This document shows positions 46,740 through 56,274 of a stretch of DNA of 64,000 nt, in pieces. Both the position numbers and the translations under genes were made by a program. The first letter of the stretch is position 1, and each line of letters opens with the position of its first letter. The stretch lies in contig JANQFG010000265.1 in NCBI GenBank assembly GCA_028277985.1, forward strand, positions 6,832 through 70,831, given 5' to 3'. This DNA is from a bacterium (GTDB lineage: Bacteria; Desulfobacterota; DSWW01). The notes under the pieces are model-generated. The model ran no database searches and was not told the DNA's origin. It saw nothing but the letters and a program-made list of their open reading frames with translations.

Positions 46740-47792
46740 TCAATCCCGGGTGAACTCCTCCATCCAGTCGCGCGGGTACCCCGGAATACCGCGGCCCATC
46801 CGGCCGAAGAGGACTTTCGAGTATTTGTAGTAGGCCGGCATGGAGGTGAGCATCTTCAGTTTGACCATGGGCGGGAGCCGGGTGATCGCCTCGAAAACGC
46901 GATAGAGATACATATGGTTGCGGTTCATCCGGTCGAACAGGACCTGGGCGCCGTCCCGATCCCGGAGGGCCAGCGCAGAGACCTTGCCGGATGTAAGGGC
47001 CCCGACGATACCGTAGCCGCAGTAAGGGTCGTAGCTGCCCGAGGCTGACCCGGTCATGATGTACCTGTTTCCCGGCCCGAAGAAGAGACGAGTGCCGATC
47101 ATCGTTTCGCAGTAGAAGGGCTTCCAGCCCTCGATTTCAATGCCTGCCCGCTCTCGAAATTGCCGGTCGATGGTCTTCAAGGCCTTCTCCTCGATCCGTG
47201 TTCGCCGGCCGAAGACAAGCCCGTAGAGGATGCCGTTCATGGCCACCGCGTAGAAATAGTCGGGCGAGTAGGTATCCGCGAACTGCCAGTTGGCAGGCCC
47301 AAGCTTGGTGTCCATGACAAAAGCGTAGCCGTATCCGTCTATGAGTTTGTGTACGGAAAAATCCTCCACCGTACACATCGTGCCGGTCGCCACGATACTG
47401 CCGGGTGGAATGTCCTTCAGCCTGTTGACCGGATGACCGAACTCGAACGCAACCCCGTGATCGAGGCAGATCTTGTACAGAAACGTGTCGATGGCCGTCT
47501 CCCGATCGCCTCGCTCCACGCCGTAGTGGTTCAGGTTCGGGAAGAGCCGCTTGTCCCGGATCCACAGTTGGGTCTCCGACAAGAGCTGGAAACAGCTCGA
47601 GACGTCGATACCGATGAGGTCCGACGTATACTGGAGGTCGATTGGTGTTGCATGAAGGGACGGATGATATGCCGGCGATCCGCCTATGGCCTTCTCCTTC
47701 TCCAGGACGAGAACCTCATCCCCCTGTCGCGCCAGATCGATGGCAGCAACCATCCCGGAAAGGCCCGCACCCACAACGGTTCTCTTCGGCAT
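46740..47792 (-). CDS. NAD(P)/FAD-dependent oxidoreductase (Rossmann GxGxxG, subfamily unassigned)
   Basis: Start set at ATG 47792, 7 nt after GGAGGA. Reads MPKRTVVGAGLSGMVAAIDLARQGDEVLVLEKEKAIGGS. Confidence 0.65.
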   Translation of the reverse strand: MPKRTVVGAGLSGMVAAIDLARQGDEVLVLEKEKAIGGSPAYHPSLHATPIDLQYTSDLIGIDVSSCFQLLSETQLWIRDKRLFPNLNHYGVERGDRETAIDTFLYKICLDHGVAFEFGHPVNRLKDIPPGSIVATGTMCTVEDFSVHKLIDGYGYAFVMDTKLGPANWQFADTYSPDYFYAVAMNGILYGLVFGRRTRIEEKALKTIDRQFRERAGIEIEGWKPFYCETMIGTRLFFGPGNRYIMTGSASGSYDPYCGYGIVGALTSGKVSALALRDRDGAQVLFDRMNRNHMYLYRVFEAITRLPPMVKLKMLTSMPAYYKYSKVLFGRMGRGIPGYPRDWMEEFTRD

Positions 47793-47845
47793 AGCCATAT
47801 CCTCCACAGTGTCTAGGGTCTTCTGATCATCACGTCCTGGAACAC

Positions 47846-50770
47846 CTACACGTAATCATCGGTGACCGGAAGCACGTCCGGGTGCATCAGGTTGGCCGGA
47901 TCGAATGCCTTCTTCGTGTCCTTCAGAATCGTTAGATACTCCCCATGTTCGGCATACAGGGGGATGTGATACTCGCCGGCGCCGAACATGTTCCGGAAGA
48001 GAGAGCCTCCAAGCTCGAGCATGAGCTTCTGCGTCTTGTGCATCATGGTCGTAGCACGCTTCACATCCTCCGGGTTGCCCTGATCCCACCAGAAGTCGAC
48101 CTCGACGCCGCCCATGCGACCGTACGGCAGCGGTCCCTGGATGTCCGTGCCGGTCATGGCATGCTCCACGGAGACGGTCGGGTCCGAGGTCTTCCAGTAC
48201 TTCTGGACCAGCGCATCATATTTCACTGCAAACTCGGGGATCTTGTCCATCTTCATGTTGCACGCGGTCCACTGGAAGGCTCCCTTGTAGGTCCCGGCAA
48301 AGTTCTCTCTCACTCCGAGACTCATCTTGGTGGGGCCGGTGGTCTGCATTTCCGCCATCTCGTCTCCGAACATGCTACGATCGATGACCAGGAGACCGTA
48401 TTTCTGGACGATCTCGGTTACGATCTCCTTCTTGATCTCCAGTTCCTCGGCATCATACCCGCTGACAAGAGTCGCCAGAGGGTGTTGAGGGCTCATTCCG
48501 ATGACCCCCGGTACGGTGAGGCCTTCGAAGGCACTAACCATGGCCAGTGCAAAGAGCCCGGGATGTGCCTTGTAGATGAAGTCGGTGACGTTCTCCTGGG
48601 CAAGGTCGTGAATTGCTTCCAGGGTCTGGCAGAATGCATGATGAGAATCCGAGTCATAGTTGGCCGATACGACGTAATCCTCGAGGCCGTCTATCTTGTC
48701 GTTCTCCGGGTAGAGCTTTGCCGTCAACTCGGTGCAGACACCGAACATGCCGTCGGCGTTGAAGAACATCCCGAAAAGGTCGGGACCGGGCGTAAAATGC
48801 AGGGGAAGATTCCCTACATTCGGGATGGCGCTGGCGCCGGCCCGGTAGACTTCACCATTCGGCAGCACCCAGGTCATTGCGGAAGTCAATTCACAATTCG
48901 CGCCATACTTGAAGAGGGTCCCTGCGCCCCCCCGGGACACGTAGTTGGAGAGCAGAGAGACGCTCCCGAAGGTCAAGGGAAGAATCGGTTTCAGATGGAA
49001 CCCGTCCCTTGCCCTTCGCTCGACAGACTCCCACCATATGGAACGCATGCGGATGCCTGGATTCACGGATACGGTCATGGACTCTTCGTCGATCGACAGG
49101 AGGGAGTTGGCTCGCTTCAGATCGATCAGGATGCCGCCCTTGCGCGTGATCGCCAGGCCGCCATGATTGAACCCGGTGGACAGGGGTACGACCGGAACGC
49201 CATGTTCATAGGCGATCCGGATGACACGCTGCACCTCTTCGGTTGTCTCGGGGAGGACCGCGATGTTCGGACGTTCCCCGGAAAAGATGGTGAAGTCTCT
49301 GCCGTAGCTGCTCAAATCCACGGGGTTGTCGCTCACCCAGTTCGATCCAACCGCATCCCTGAGTTTCTCCTTTACGGCCTTCAAGTTGGATTCCGTCAGG
49401 CCGGTCTCGCCGCTCCCGACCCCGAGGGGCTGCCATTCCGGATCCCCGTCCTTGAGAATGCGGCCGGGATTCATGATGTTGTCCGGATCCAGGAACCCCT
49501 TGATCCGCTTGAGGAGTTTCAGGTGGTTCGGGATGCTCGTGTAGATCTTTCTTCCCAGTTCACCATGGGGGCGGTTGAAGAATGCCCCCAGGTCGGCCAG
49601 CTTTAGATTCAATGCGTCAACGGGTACGACCGGCTCCTGTCCGTCGGAGAACCAGTCGTACACGGCATGGACGCACCGGCCATGATCATAGGCGGTGTAG
49701 ATCTTGCCGGTCTGATCTTCAGGCAATCCGGCGGCGGACGCGGTCCTGGCTGTCTGGGCATCCAATGCCCCAAGTTTCGTAAACAGGGCATAGAACCCTG
49801 TGTGGCTCTCCCCGGCCTCCATCCAGGGTTGGTCGAGTTGTGGGGTCATGACGTCTACTAGATCTTTCTCAGGCCGGCACCTGTACGCCTGCAGATGCTT
49901 CTCGACCCTGTCCACGTTGTGCGCCACGTGCTTGGCCCTCCCCTCGAACCCGACGACCAGCACCCAGGGAGGATAGTCTTCTGCCGCACCTCGGAGCAGA
50001 TTCTTCAGGGACACATCGTTCATTCCCAGATACTCCCGGCCGAGCTCGGTGCGGGGCACCTCCTTCAACGCCCTGAGCAGCTCTTCCGAGTCGTCGAAAC
50101 CATATACGAGACAGGTTCGGACTTCACACACCGGCCACAGCAGGATCGTGGCGCGGGTCATGATGCCGAAGATATCATCGGACCCGAAGAACCAGTTCGA
50201 AAGGTGGGGGCCTCCGTCGCTCCTTCCATCCGACGGGTCTTTGGAAAAGCCGTGGGTCCCGGTCCTGTGAATGCGACCGTTCGGCATGATGAGCCGAAGA
50301 TTGCTCAGCGGATAATCCCAGAACTTGGACGCAGCCTTCGAGACCATGCGTGCCGTGTGGCATTCGGCAACCGAATCCGAGTTCGCTGCCAGAGGAGCGG
50401 CAGCTTTGACGCCCTGTCCCCGCAACTCAGCGTTCAGTTGCTCCCATGTGACGCCCCTCTGGACGTGGGCCATGAGGTTGCGGGCGTCGACCTGTTCGAT
50501 CCTGTTCATGCGGGAGAATTCGAGAAGAATCCCTTTCTTCTCCAGGTCTTCGGGAAGTAGATACCGATCGTTGGCGGTAATGATCGGCGTGGCGTTCTCA
50601 TGGGCCAGGTTCACGATCTGTTGGACCTGTTCATCGCAGGAAGGTGAGGCCACGACCATGTTGGGTGCCTGTTGTCCGGCTGCGAGGAGCTTCTTTGCAG
50701 CGAGAGGTCCCGACGATACGTTCTCTTGCCCAAGGATCGACCCTAGGCCTTCCAGGAGTGTCTGTTCCAT
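47846..50770 (-). CDS. Internally duplicated VAO/PCMH-type FAD-binding oxidoreductase (paralog 2, 974 aa)
   Basis: Start trimmed to MEQTLLEGLGSILGQENVSSG (G-rich SD). Collinear with paralogs 1 and 3 throughout. C-terminus reads HPDVLPVTDDYV. Confidence 0.85.
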   Translation of the reverse strand: MEQTLLEGLGSILGQENVSSGPLAAKKLLAAGQQAPNMVVASPSCDEQVQQIVNLAHENATPIITANDRYLLPEDLEKKGILLEFSRMNRIEQVDARNLMAHVQRGVTWEQLNAELRGQGVKAAAPLAANSDSVAECHTARMVSKAASKFWDYPLSNLRLIMPNGRIHRTGTHGFSKDPSDGRSDGGPHLSNWFFGSDDIFGIMTRATILLWPVCEVRTCLVYGFDDSEELLRALKEVPRTELGREYLGMNDVSLKNLLRGAAEDYPPWVLVVGFEGRAKHVAHNVDRVEKHLQAYRCRPEKDLVDVMTPQLDQPWMEAGESHTGFYALFTKLGALDAQTARTASAAGLPEDQTGKIYTAYDHGRCVHAVYDWFSDGQEPVVPVDALNLKLADLGAFFNRPHGELGRKIYTSIPNHLKLLKRIKGFLDPDNIMNPGRILKDGDPEWQPLGVGSGETGLTESNLKAVKEKLRDAVGSNWVSDNPVDLSSYGRDFTIFSGERPNIAVLPETTEEVQRVIRIAYEHGVPVVPLSTGFNHGGLAITRKGGILIDLKRANSLLSIDEESMTVSVNPGIRMRSIWWESVERRARDGFHLKPILPLTFGSVSLLSNYVSRGGAGTLFKYGANCELTSAMTWVLPNGEVYRAGASAIPNVGNLPLHFTPGPDLFGMFFNADGMFGVCTELTAKLYPENDKIDGLEDYVVSANYDSDSHHAFCQTLEAIHDLAQENVTDFIYKAHPGLFALAMVSAFEGLTVPGVIGMSPQHPLATLVSGYDAEELEIKKEIVTEIVQKYGLLVIDRSMFGDEMAEMQTTGPTKMSLGVRENFAGTYKGAFQWTACNMKMDKIPEFAVKYDALVQKYWKTSDPTVSVEHAMTGTDIQGPLPYGRMGGVEVDFWWDQGNPEDVKRATTMMHKTQKLMLELGGSLFRNMFGAGEYHIPLYAEHGEYLTILKDTKKAFDPANLMHPDVLPVTDDYV

Positions 50771-50887
50771 GATCCGTCCCCCCTTTTTGATGAGGTGATC
50801 AAGCGGCAATCATGGTAAGCATCCAGATCCATATCCGGTCGTCAGGAACTACGTTCCGTCCGCACATCTCAACACAGGATTCGTGTC

Positions 50888-53047
50888 CTAGCAAGAAGCA
50901 GACGGTCCGGGATGAATATTGACAGGAATCGCCGTCATCTGGGCAAGCCCGGTCACCGGATCGTATCGAACATCGTCGGGAATGAGGCGTTGCACATTGC
51001 TTCCCTTTTCCCGCACGTTCCGTTGGTCGGAAGGGTCTCCCCAGCCGAACGCGAGTCCGACCACATCCGGCTTCAGGTCCTCGGTCGATTCGACAACAGC
51101 CTCGACCGTGCCGAAGCCGCTGTCAACCACCACGATGTCATCGTCCTCGAGGCCGAGGGACTCCATGGCTGTCGGATGCATCAGTAAGGGGTTGAAAGAG
51201 CGCTTCTGCCGGAGAGACGGCAAATTCTGCCCCTGCGTGCAATACGCCTCTGGCATACGATAAGCGATCAAACGGAATCTGCATTCCTCTTCCGGCTCGT
51301 AGCCTCCGCCGGCGATCACCGGCTCGGCGCGGAGCACGCGCAGGTCTTTCAGAATCGCCGGGTGCCCGACCGCCATCTTCTTGTCTTCGTGCCCGATCAT
51401 GCTCGGGATGAGACCGCCGGCCTTGAGCTCTCGTTCGCCCCACACGTGGCCCCCCGGGTGCTGCTTGATTTCCCCCAGCGGTATACGCTTCATCGGCTGG
51501 AGAGCATCCATGAGTGCGTCGGCCGTCGGTCGGGAATCCATGCTCGTATTCGGAATATTCAGGTCGAGATCGAGCCGCCCGGCAAGACCCCAGAACACTT
51601 CCCAGTCCTCCAGAACACCTTCAGGGGGATCTACGAGCGGCGGTGAATACTGGCCGAAGGGGAAAGGGAAAGCGATATCGCCGAGCCTCGTCACATCCGG
51701 TCGCTCAAAAGGATGCCTCACCGGGAAGACATAGTCGGCAAACTTCGCCGTAGCAGACAGGAAGAGATCGTTGACCACGAGTAGATCAAGATCCTTCAAG
51801 GCTTGGACCGTGGACGCCTCATCCGGAAGTACAAGGGCGGGATTGCCGCCAAGCACGAAGAGGGCCCGGATCTTGCCCTCACCCGGGGTGAGCATCTCGT
51901 CCGTAAGGGTGTTACTCGGCAACTCGGCAAAACCACCCAGGACATTGAATATCCCCTTTACTTCCCTGATGCGGGATGTTTCGCCGCTTTCGAGGGCCAG
52001 GGGAAGCGGGCCCATACCATCCGGAAGCTCGAACCCGAGGGCGCCTTCGTTCCGGCCCATGCCTCCGGGGCGATCGAAGCGCCCGCACAGGGCGTTCAGG
52101 GTCATGACGAGGTGTACCGCGAGGTTCTGGTGACGCGCCATGTGCACTCCCTGACCGCTCAGAGCGCCGCCTTTCTTCGCAGCGGCAAACGCCCGAGCCG
52201 CTTCGAGAATCAGCTGCTCCGGCACTTGTGAACGTCTGGAAACATAGGGAAGGTCGAAGTCCTCGAGGGATGCACGGAGTTCGTTCACGCCGCCCACATT
52301 GTCGAGAACGTACTGCCTGTCGTAAAGCTCCTCTTCCAGGATGACCCTGACCATTCCGGCCAGGAGGGCAGGGTCCTCCCCCGGTTTCACCTGCAGGTGG
52401 ATATCCGCCAGCTTGGCGATGGAACTTCGCCTGGGATCGACGACGATGACCTTCATGCCTCTCTTGCGGCCGTCCGTCAGTCGTTTGAGGGGATTCGACT
52501 GGGGCATGATCAACTGTTTCGAATCGACCGGATTCGTGCCCACGAACATGGCAACATCGGCCCTGTGCACATCGAACAGGCTCACAGGGACGGGACCGCC
52601 GAACAAACGGAACAAGGCAACCGAATAAGCGGGCGAGTCGATGGTGAAGCAGGTATAGAAGCTCGGCGATCCGAGGGCCTCGATGAACTTGGAGGCGAAC
52701 CAGGGACCCGCGGCTGAGTTGCGATACCCCCCGCACCCGACGTATGCGGCAACGGATCGGGGGCCGTATTGGTCTACGATTTCTTCCAGTTTTTGAGCGA
52801 TCTCGTCCAGGGCCTGCTCAGAGGGGAGTTCGCTTCTGTGGCCGTCCGCGAGCTTCCGGGTAGACAGGAGTCGGTCCGGATGGTAGATGCGTTCAAGCTC
52901 CGATCTGCCTTTGATACACGTATAGCCTTCTGAAACGGGATTGTCCGGATCTCCGCGAACCGCCACGGCACGGTTGTCGTCTACGTCCACCTCGATTCCA
53001 CAGGAGGCGTGGCAGAACCGACAGAATGACTTCTTCGTTTCAACCAT
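50888..53047 (-). CDS. Cytoplasmic Mo/W-bis-pyranopterin (MopB superfamily) oxidoreductase, catalytic subunit only
   Basis: Start trimmed to MVETKKSFCRFCHASCGIEV...GYTCIKG, giving an N-terminal CxxCxxxC...C [4Fe-4S] motif. There is no twin-arginine signal. The C-terminus has a molybdopterin dinucleotide-binding barrel (DDDIVVVDSGFGTVEAVV). Confidence 0.8.
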   Translation of the reverse strand: MVETKKSFCRFCHASCGIEVDVDDNRAVAVRGDPDNPVSEGYTCIKGRSELERIYHPDRLLSTRKLADGHRSELPSEQALDEIAQKLEEIVDQYGPRSVAAYVGCGGYRNSAAGPWFASKFIEALGSPSFYTCFTIDSPAYSVALFRLFGGPVPVSLFDVHRADVAMFVGTNPVDSKQLIMPQSNPLKRLTDGRKRGMKVIVVDPRRSSIAKLADIHLQVKPGEDPALLAGMVRVILEEELYDRQYVLDNVGGVNELRASLEDFDLPYVSRRSQVPEQLILEAARAFAAAKKGGALSGQGVHMARHQNLAVHLVMTLNALCGRFDRPGGMGRNEGALGFELPDGMGPLPLALESGETSRIREVKGIFNVLGGFAELPSNTLTDEMLTPGEGKIRALFVLGGNPALVLPDEASTVQALKDLDLLVVNDLFLSATAKFADYVFPVRHPFERPDVTRLGDIAFPFPFGQYSPPLVDPPEGVLEDWEVFWGLAGRLDLDLNIPNTSMDSRPTADALMDALQPMKRIPLGEIKQHPGGHVWGERELKAGGLIPSMIGHEDKKMAVGHPAILKDLRVLRAEPVIAGGGYEPEEECRFRLIAYRMPEAYCTQGQNLPSLRQKRSFNPLLMHPTAMESLGLEDDDIVVVDSGFGTVEAVVESTEDLKPDVVGLAFGWGDPSDQRNVREKGSNVQRLIPDDVRYDPVTGLAQMTAIPVNIHPGPSASC

Positions 53048-53069
53048 ACAGAAGACCCCACTCTGAAGA

Positions 53070-55028
53070 TCATATCTCCCGACCGATCGCCGCGGCGTCT
53101 GCAGTGGCCTGGAGTGCAGTGGCAGGGTGCCGGGCATCGCCGATCACATGGACTTCGGGCACCTTGTCCTTGATCGCTGCAGAGAGGTTGTCGCCCGACT
53201 TCGCGCCTGTAGCCAGAATGATATACTCTGCACCCTGAACGGACACCTCCTGGCCGTCTTTCGTGTATACCACGCCCCCATCCACGATTTCCTTGGCTTT
53301 TGCCCCGAGCAGAATCTCCACTCGCTTTTCGTGCAGCCTCTCCATGAGCAGGTGCCTCGCCTCTGAGTTGCCGTCCAGAGCGAGCCTGTCCTGCATCTCC
53401 AGGATGGTCACGTGGGTGGCCGCCACCCCCATATTGTCCGTGGTTTGTGCCAGGAAGTCCGCCGTTTCGCAACCAACAAGGCCGCCCCCGATGATGACGA
53501 CGTTGCCGGCCAAAGAAGCCTCGTGGCCGGCCAGGACCTCCCAGGCCGTGACGACATTGTCCTTGTCGGTCCCCTCAAGACCTTCCGGAACCAGGGGTGT
53601 GGCCCCTGTGGCTACGACGAGCACATCCGGCTTGCGTTCGTCGATGAGTTCCGGGGTCACCTCCCTGCCCAGCTCCACCTGTACGCCCGCCTTCTCTGCC
53701 TGTGTGGATAGGTACTGGATGAGCTGGCTGATCTCCTGCATGAAGGGGGGTACGCTGGCGATGTTGATCTGACCGCCCAGCTTCTCTTCCTTCTCACAGA
53801 CCGTCACCTTGTGGCCCCTCAGGGCCGCCACCCGAGCTGTTTCGAGCCCGGCCGGGCCTCCGCCCACAACCAGGACCTGCTTAGGTTCGTCCGCGGGGAC
53901 GAGGGCCATCTCCTTCTCCCTTCCCGCCGCCGGATTCACGATGCAGGTGGCGAGTTGACCCTGTACAACCGTGCCGATACATCCGATGTTGCAGGCAATG
54001 CATGGGGCGATGTCATCCAGGTTACCTTGAGCCGCCTTGTTCGGCAGCTCAGGGTCTGCGTGGAGCGCGCGTCCCATGGACACCATATCCGTCTTTCCGG
54101 TTTCCAGAACGAACTCCGCCACCCGGGGGGTGTTGATCCTTCCTACGCAGATGACCGGTATGTCGACAACCTCTTTGATGCCATGGGCGAAGTCTGCATT
54201 GAGTGCGAGAGGGGTTCCCGAAGGGGCAACAACGGCCCAGAAGACGTTGGGGATGGTGCCGCCGGATACCTCGATGGCGTCTACACCTGCGTCGACGAGA
54301 ATGCGGGCGACGAACTGGCTCTCCTGGAGGGTTCGACCACCGGTCCGCCGCTCGTCACCGGCGATGCGAACGATGATGGGGAAGTCGGGTCCGACCTTGT
54401 CCCGGGCCGATTGGATGATGTCCAACAGGATCTTCGCTCTCCGTTCCAGGGAACCACCATAGGCGTCCGTTCGCTTGTTGAAGAAGGGGGACATGAAGGA
54501 CCCGACCAGGGCATAACCGTGCGCGGCATGGATCTCCACCGCGTCGACGCCGGCTTGCTGGGCCCGCCGGACCGCCTGGCCGAAGTCCTCTACAATGGCC
54601 TCGATTTCGCTGCTGCTGAGCTCTCTGGGCATACTTCGAAAGATGCCCCGGCTGGCAACGGGCGACGGGCCGAGAGGATCCGCCCCGGTCAGGACCTTCA
54701 TCGCCTCGGGCCCGGGGTCCATGAGTTGCGCCGCCAGCTTGCCGCCCTGGCGATGTACCGCATCCGCCAACTCCTTCCAGCTCGGGATCACGTCATCATC
54801 GAACAAAGCGAGCGGGACCACCCCGTACTTGCGTCCGGGATGCACGGCGCAAGCCTCGGTGATGATGAGACCCACACCACCCTTTGCGCGAGCTTCGTAG
54901 TAGTCGCGGTATCTCTCCGTGACGCTTCCGTCCATGGCACCATAGCCCATGTGCATGGGAGGCATGACGATTCTGTTTCGTACGACCATGCTTCCGATTT
55001 CGATGGGGGTGAACAAGTGTTTGAACAT
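53070..55028 (-). CDS. OYE-like FMN / [4Fe-4S] / FAD-NAD(P) oxidoreductase (FadH family), second copy
   Basis: N-terminus MFKHLFTPIEIGSMVVRNRIVMPPM. Cys cluster CIACNIGCIG...ATC. Then VLVVGGGPAGLETA and VVIIGGGLVGCETA. Confidence 0.85.
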   Translation of the reverse strand: MFKHLFTPIEIGSMVVRNRIVMPPMHMGYGAMDGSVTERYRDYYEARAKGGVGLIITEACAVHPGRKYGVVPLALFDDDVIPSWKELADAVHRQGGKLAAQLMDPGPEAMKVLTGADPLGPSPVASRGIFRSMPRELSSSEIEAIVEDFGQAVRRAQQAGVDAVEIHAAHGYALVGSFMSPFFNKRTDAYGGSLERRAKILLDIIQSARDKVGPDFPIIVRIAGDERRTGGRTLQESQFVARILVDAGVDAIEVSGGTIPNVFWAVVAPSGTPLALNADFAHGIKEVVDIPVICVGRINTPRVAEFVLETGKTDMVSMGRALHADPELPNKAAQGNLDDIAPCIACNIGCIGTVVQGQLATCIVNPAAGREKEMALVPADEPKQVLVVGGGPAGLETARVAALRGHKVTVCEKEEKLGGQINIASVPPFMQEISQLIQYLSTQAEKAGVQVELGREVTPELIDERKPDVLVVATGATPLVPEGLEGTDKDNVVTAWEVLAGHEASLAGNVVIIGGGLVGCETADFLAQTTDNMGVAATHVTILEMQDRLALDGNSEARHLLMERLHEKRVEILLGAKAKEIVDGGVVYTKDGQEVSVQGAEYIILATGAKSGDNLSAAIKDKVPEVHVIGDARHPATALQATADAAAIGREI

Positions 55029-55070
55029 GGTGGCTCCTTTCTGACGAAGAGTACCTCGACTGTGGGTCCT

Positions 55071-55892
55071 CTAGTCGCGACGAATCTTTCGGAAGGCCTT
55101 TATCGCTTCTCTGTTCATGAGGTCCATGGCGTTCGGATGGATGCGCTGGAGCCACCACATGAACCGGGCATGGAACGGGAACACCATGATTCCCTTGTTG
55201 CGTTCCACCCCTTTCAGGATCTCCCCTGCCGCCTTGGTTACGTCCATCCGTTTGAAGGGTACCTGAGCGTAGAACTCATCATTGTCCGCCTTGCGTATGG
55301 TGGCGGCATCGTAGAGGCCGGTCTGCACGAATCCCGGGCAGACTACGCTGACCTTGACTCCCAGGGCGGCTCCTTCGGCCCGCAGAGAGGTGGAGAGACC
55401 CACAATGGCGTGTTTGGTGGTGACATAGAGGCAGTTGGTCGGGATCGAGACGAGGCCCAGGACCGAGGCCGTGTTCACGATGTGACCGAAACCCTGTTCG
55501 ACCATGAGTGCGTAGGCAGCGACGGTACCATGGAGGGCCCCCAGAAGGTTGATACGGATAATGCGGTCCCAGTGTTCCTTTTCCATGTCTCGCGCCTCGC
55601 CCTGGATGGCGATGCCCGCGTTGTTGAACATGTAGTCCAGCCGTCCGTGTTCGGCCGCGGTCTGTTCGATCAACTTCTTGATATCCTCTTCCGAGGTCAC
55701 GTCCAGGTGCGTCGGCTGGGCCTTGCCCCCGTTTTCCAGAATCCCCTCGGCAACCTTGTTCGCCCCCTCAACGTCGATGTCGGACACGACGACCGTTGTT
55801 CCGCGTCTGCCCAGGGCCTGGGAGACGGCACGTCCGATACCTGACGATCCTCCCGTGACGATCGCTACTTTTCTTTCGAAGGGATTCTTCAT
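55071..55892 (-). CDS. Classical SDR-family oxidoreductase
   Basis: Contains KVAIVTGGSSGIGRA, NNAGI and YVTTKHAIVGLS (YxxxK). Confidence 0.85.
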   Translation of the reverse strand: MKNPFERKVAIVTGGSSGIGRAVSQALGRRGTTVVVSDIDVEGANKVAEGILENGGKAQPTHLDVTSEEDIKKLIEQTAAEHGRLDYMFNNAGIAIQGEARDMEKEHWDRIIRINLLGALHGTVAAYALMVEQGFGHIVNTASVLGLVSIPTNCLYVTTKHAIVGLSTSLRAEGAALGVKVSVVCPGFVQTGLYDAATIRKADNDEFYAQVPFKRMDVTKAAGEILKGVERNKGIMVFPFHARFMWWLQRIHPNAMDLMNREAIKAFRKIRRD

Positions 55893-56003
55893 CTCGAGTC
55901 ACTCCGCCCGACTTGGTTTGCCGGCACGTCCCTCAAGGGAATTGATCCGCCGAGCCATTTCTATCAAGAAACCGAGCAGGAAACGACCGGGATCCTAGCT
56001 TGT

Positions 56004-56148
56004 CCTTCGGTATTCGGAATTTATACTATTCGTAACATAGCAGGGGCGGCCTGTCAACAAAAACTATTCATTTTGCAATTTCTTTGATTAAGTAATATAT
56101 TGACATATATATATAAATACACGGTCTTGAGAATGACATGTCATTCTC
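56004..56148. promoter_or_regulatory. Regulatory module copy A: TATTCGGAA/TATTCGTAA boxes, ATATATTGACATATA box, perfect 20-bp palindrome GAGAATGACATGTCATTCTC
   Basis: Blocks lie at 56004-56038, 56094-56108 and 56129-56148. The same blocks, in the same order and with the same spacing, recur at 59533-59675. Confidence 0.7.
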
Positions 56149-56245
56149 ACGACCAACCGAACAGAGGGGGGCTCTGAGACCGAAAATCGGGTGAGATCGG
56201 TTGATTCCGCTCAGGGGCCTTGGATTCCCTTCCCGTGGACCTCTA

Positions 56246-56274
56246 TTGACAGACGGGACAGAAGGCTCTACAAA
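56246..56274 (+). promoter_or_regulatory. Sigma70-like promoter (TTGACA-17-TACAAA)
   Basis: TTGACA (56246-56251), a 17-nt spacer, then TACAAA (56269-56274), about 145 nt upstream of start 56418. Confidence 0.45.

Noticed and set aside
50888-53047. A selenocysteine (in-frame TGA) in the Mo/W-bisPGD enzyme, as in many formate dehydrogenases.
   Set aside because: The ORF is uninterrupted from ATG 53047 to the stop at 50888, so no in-frame TGA is present.
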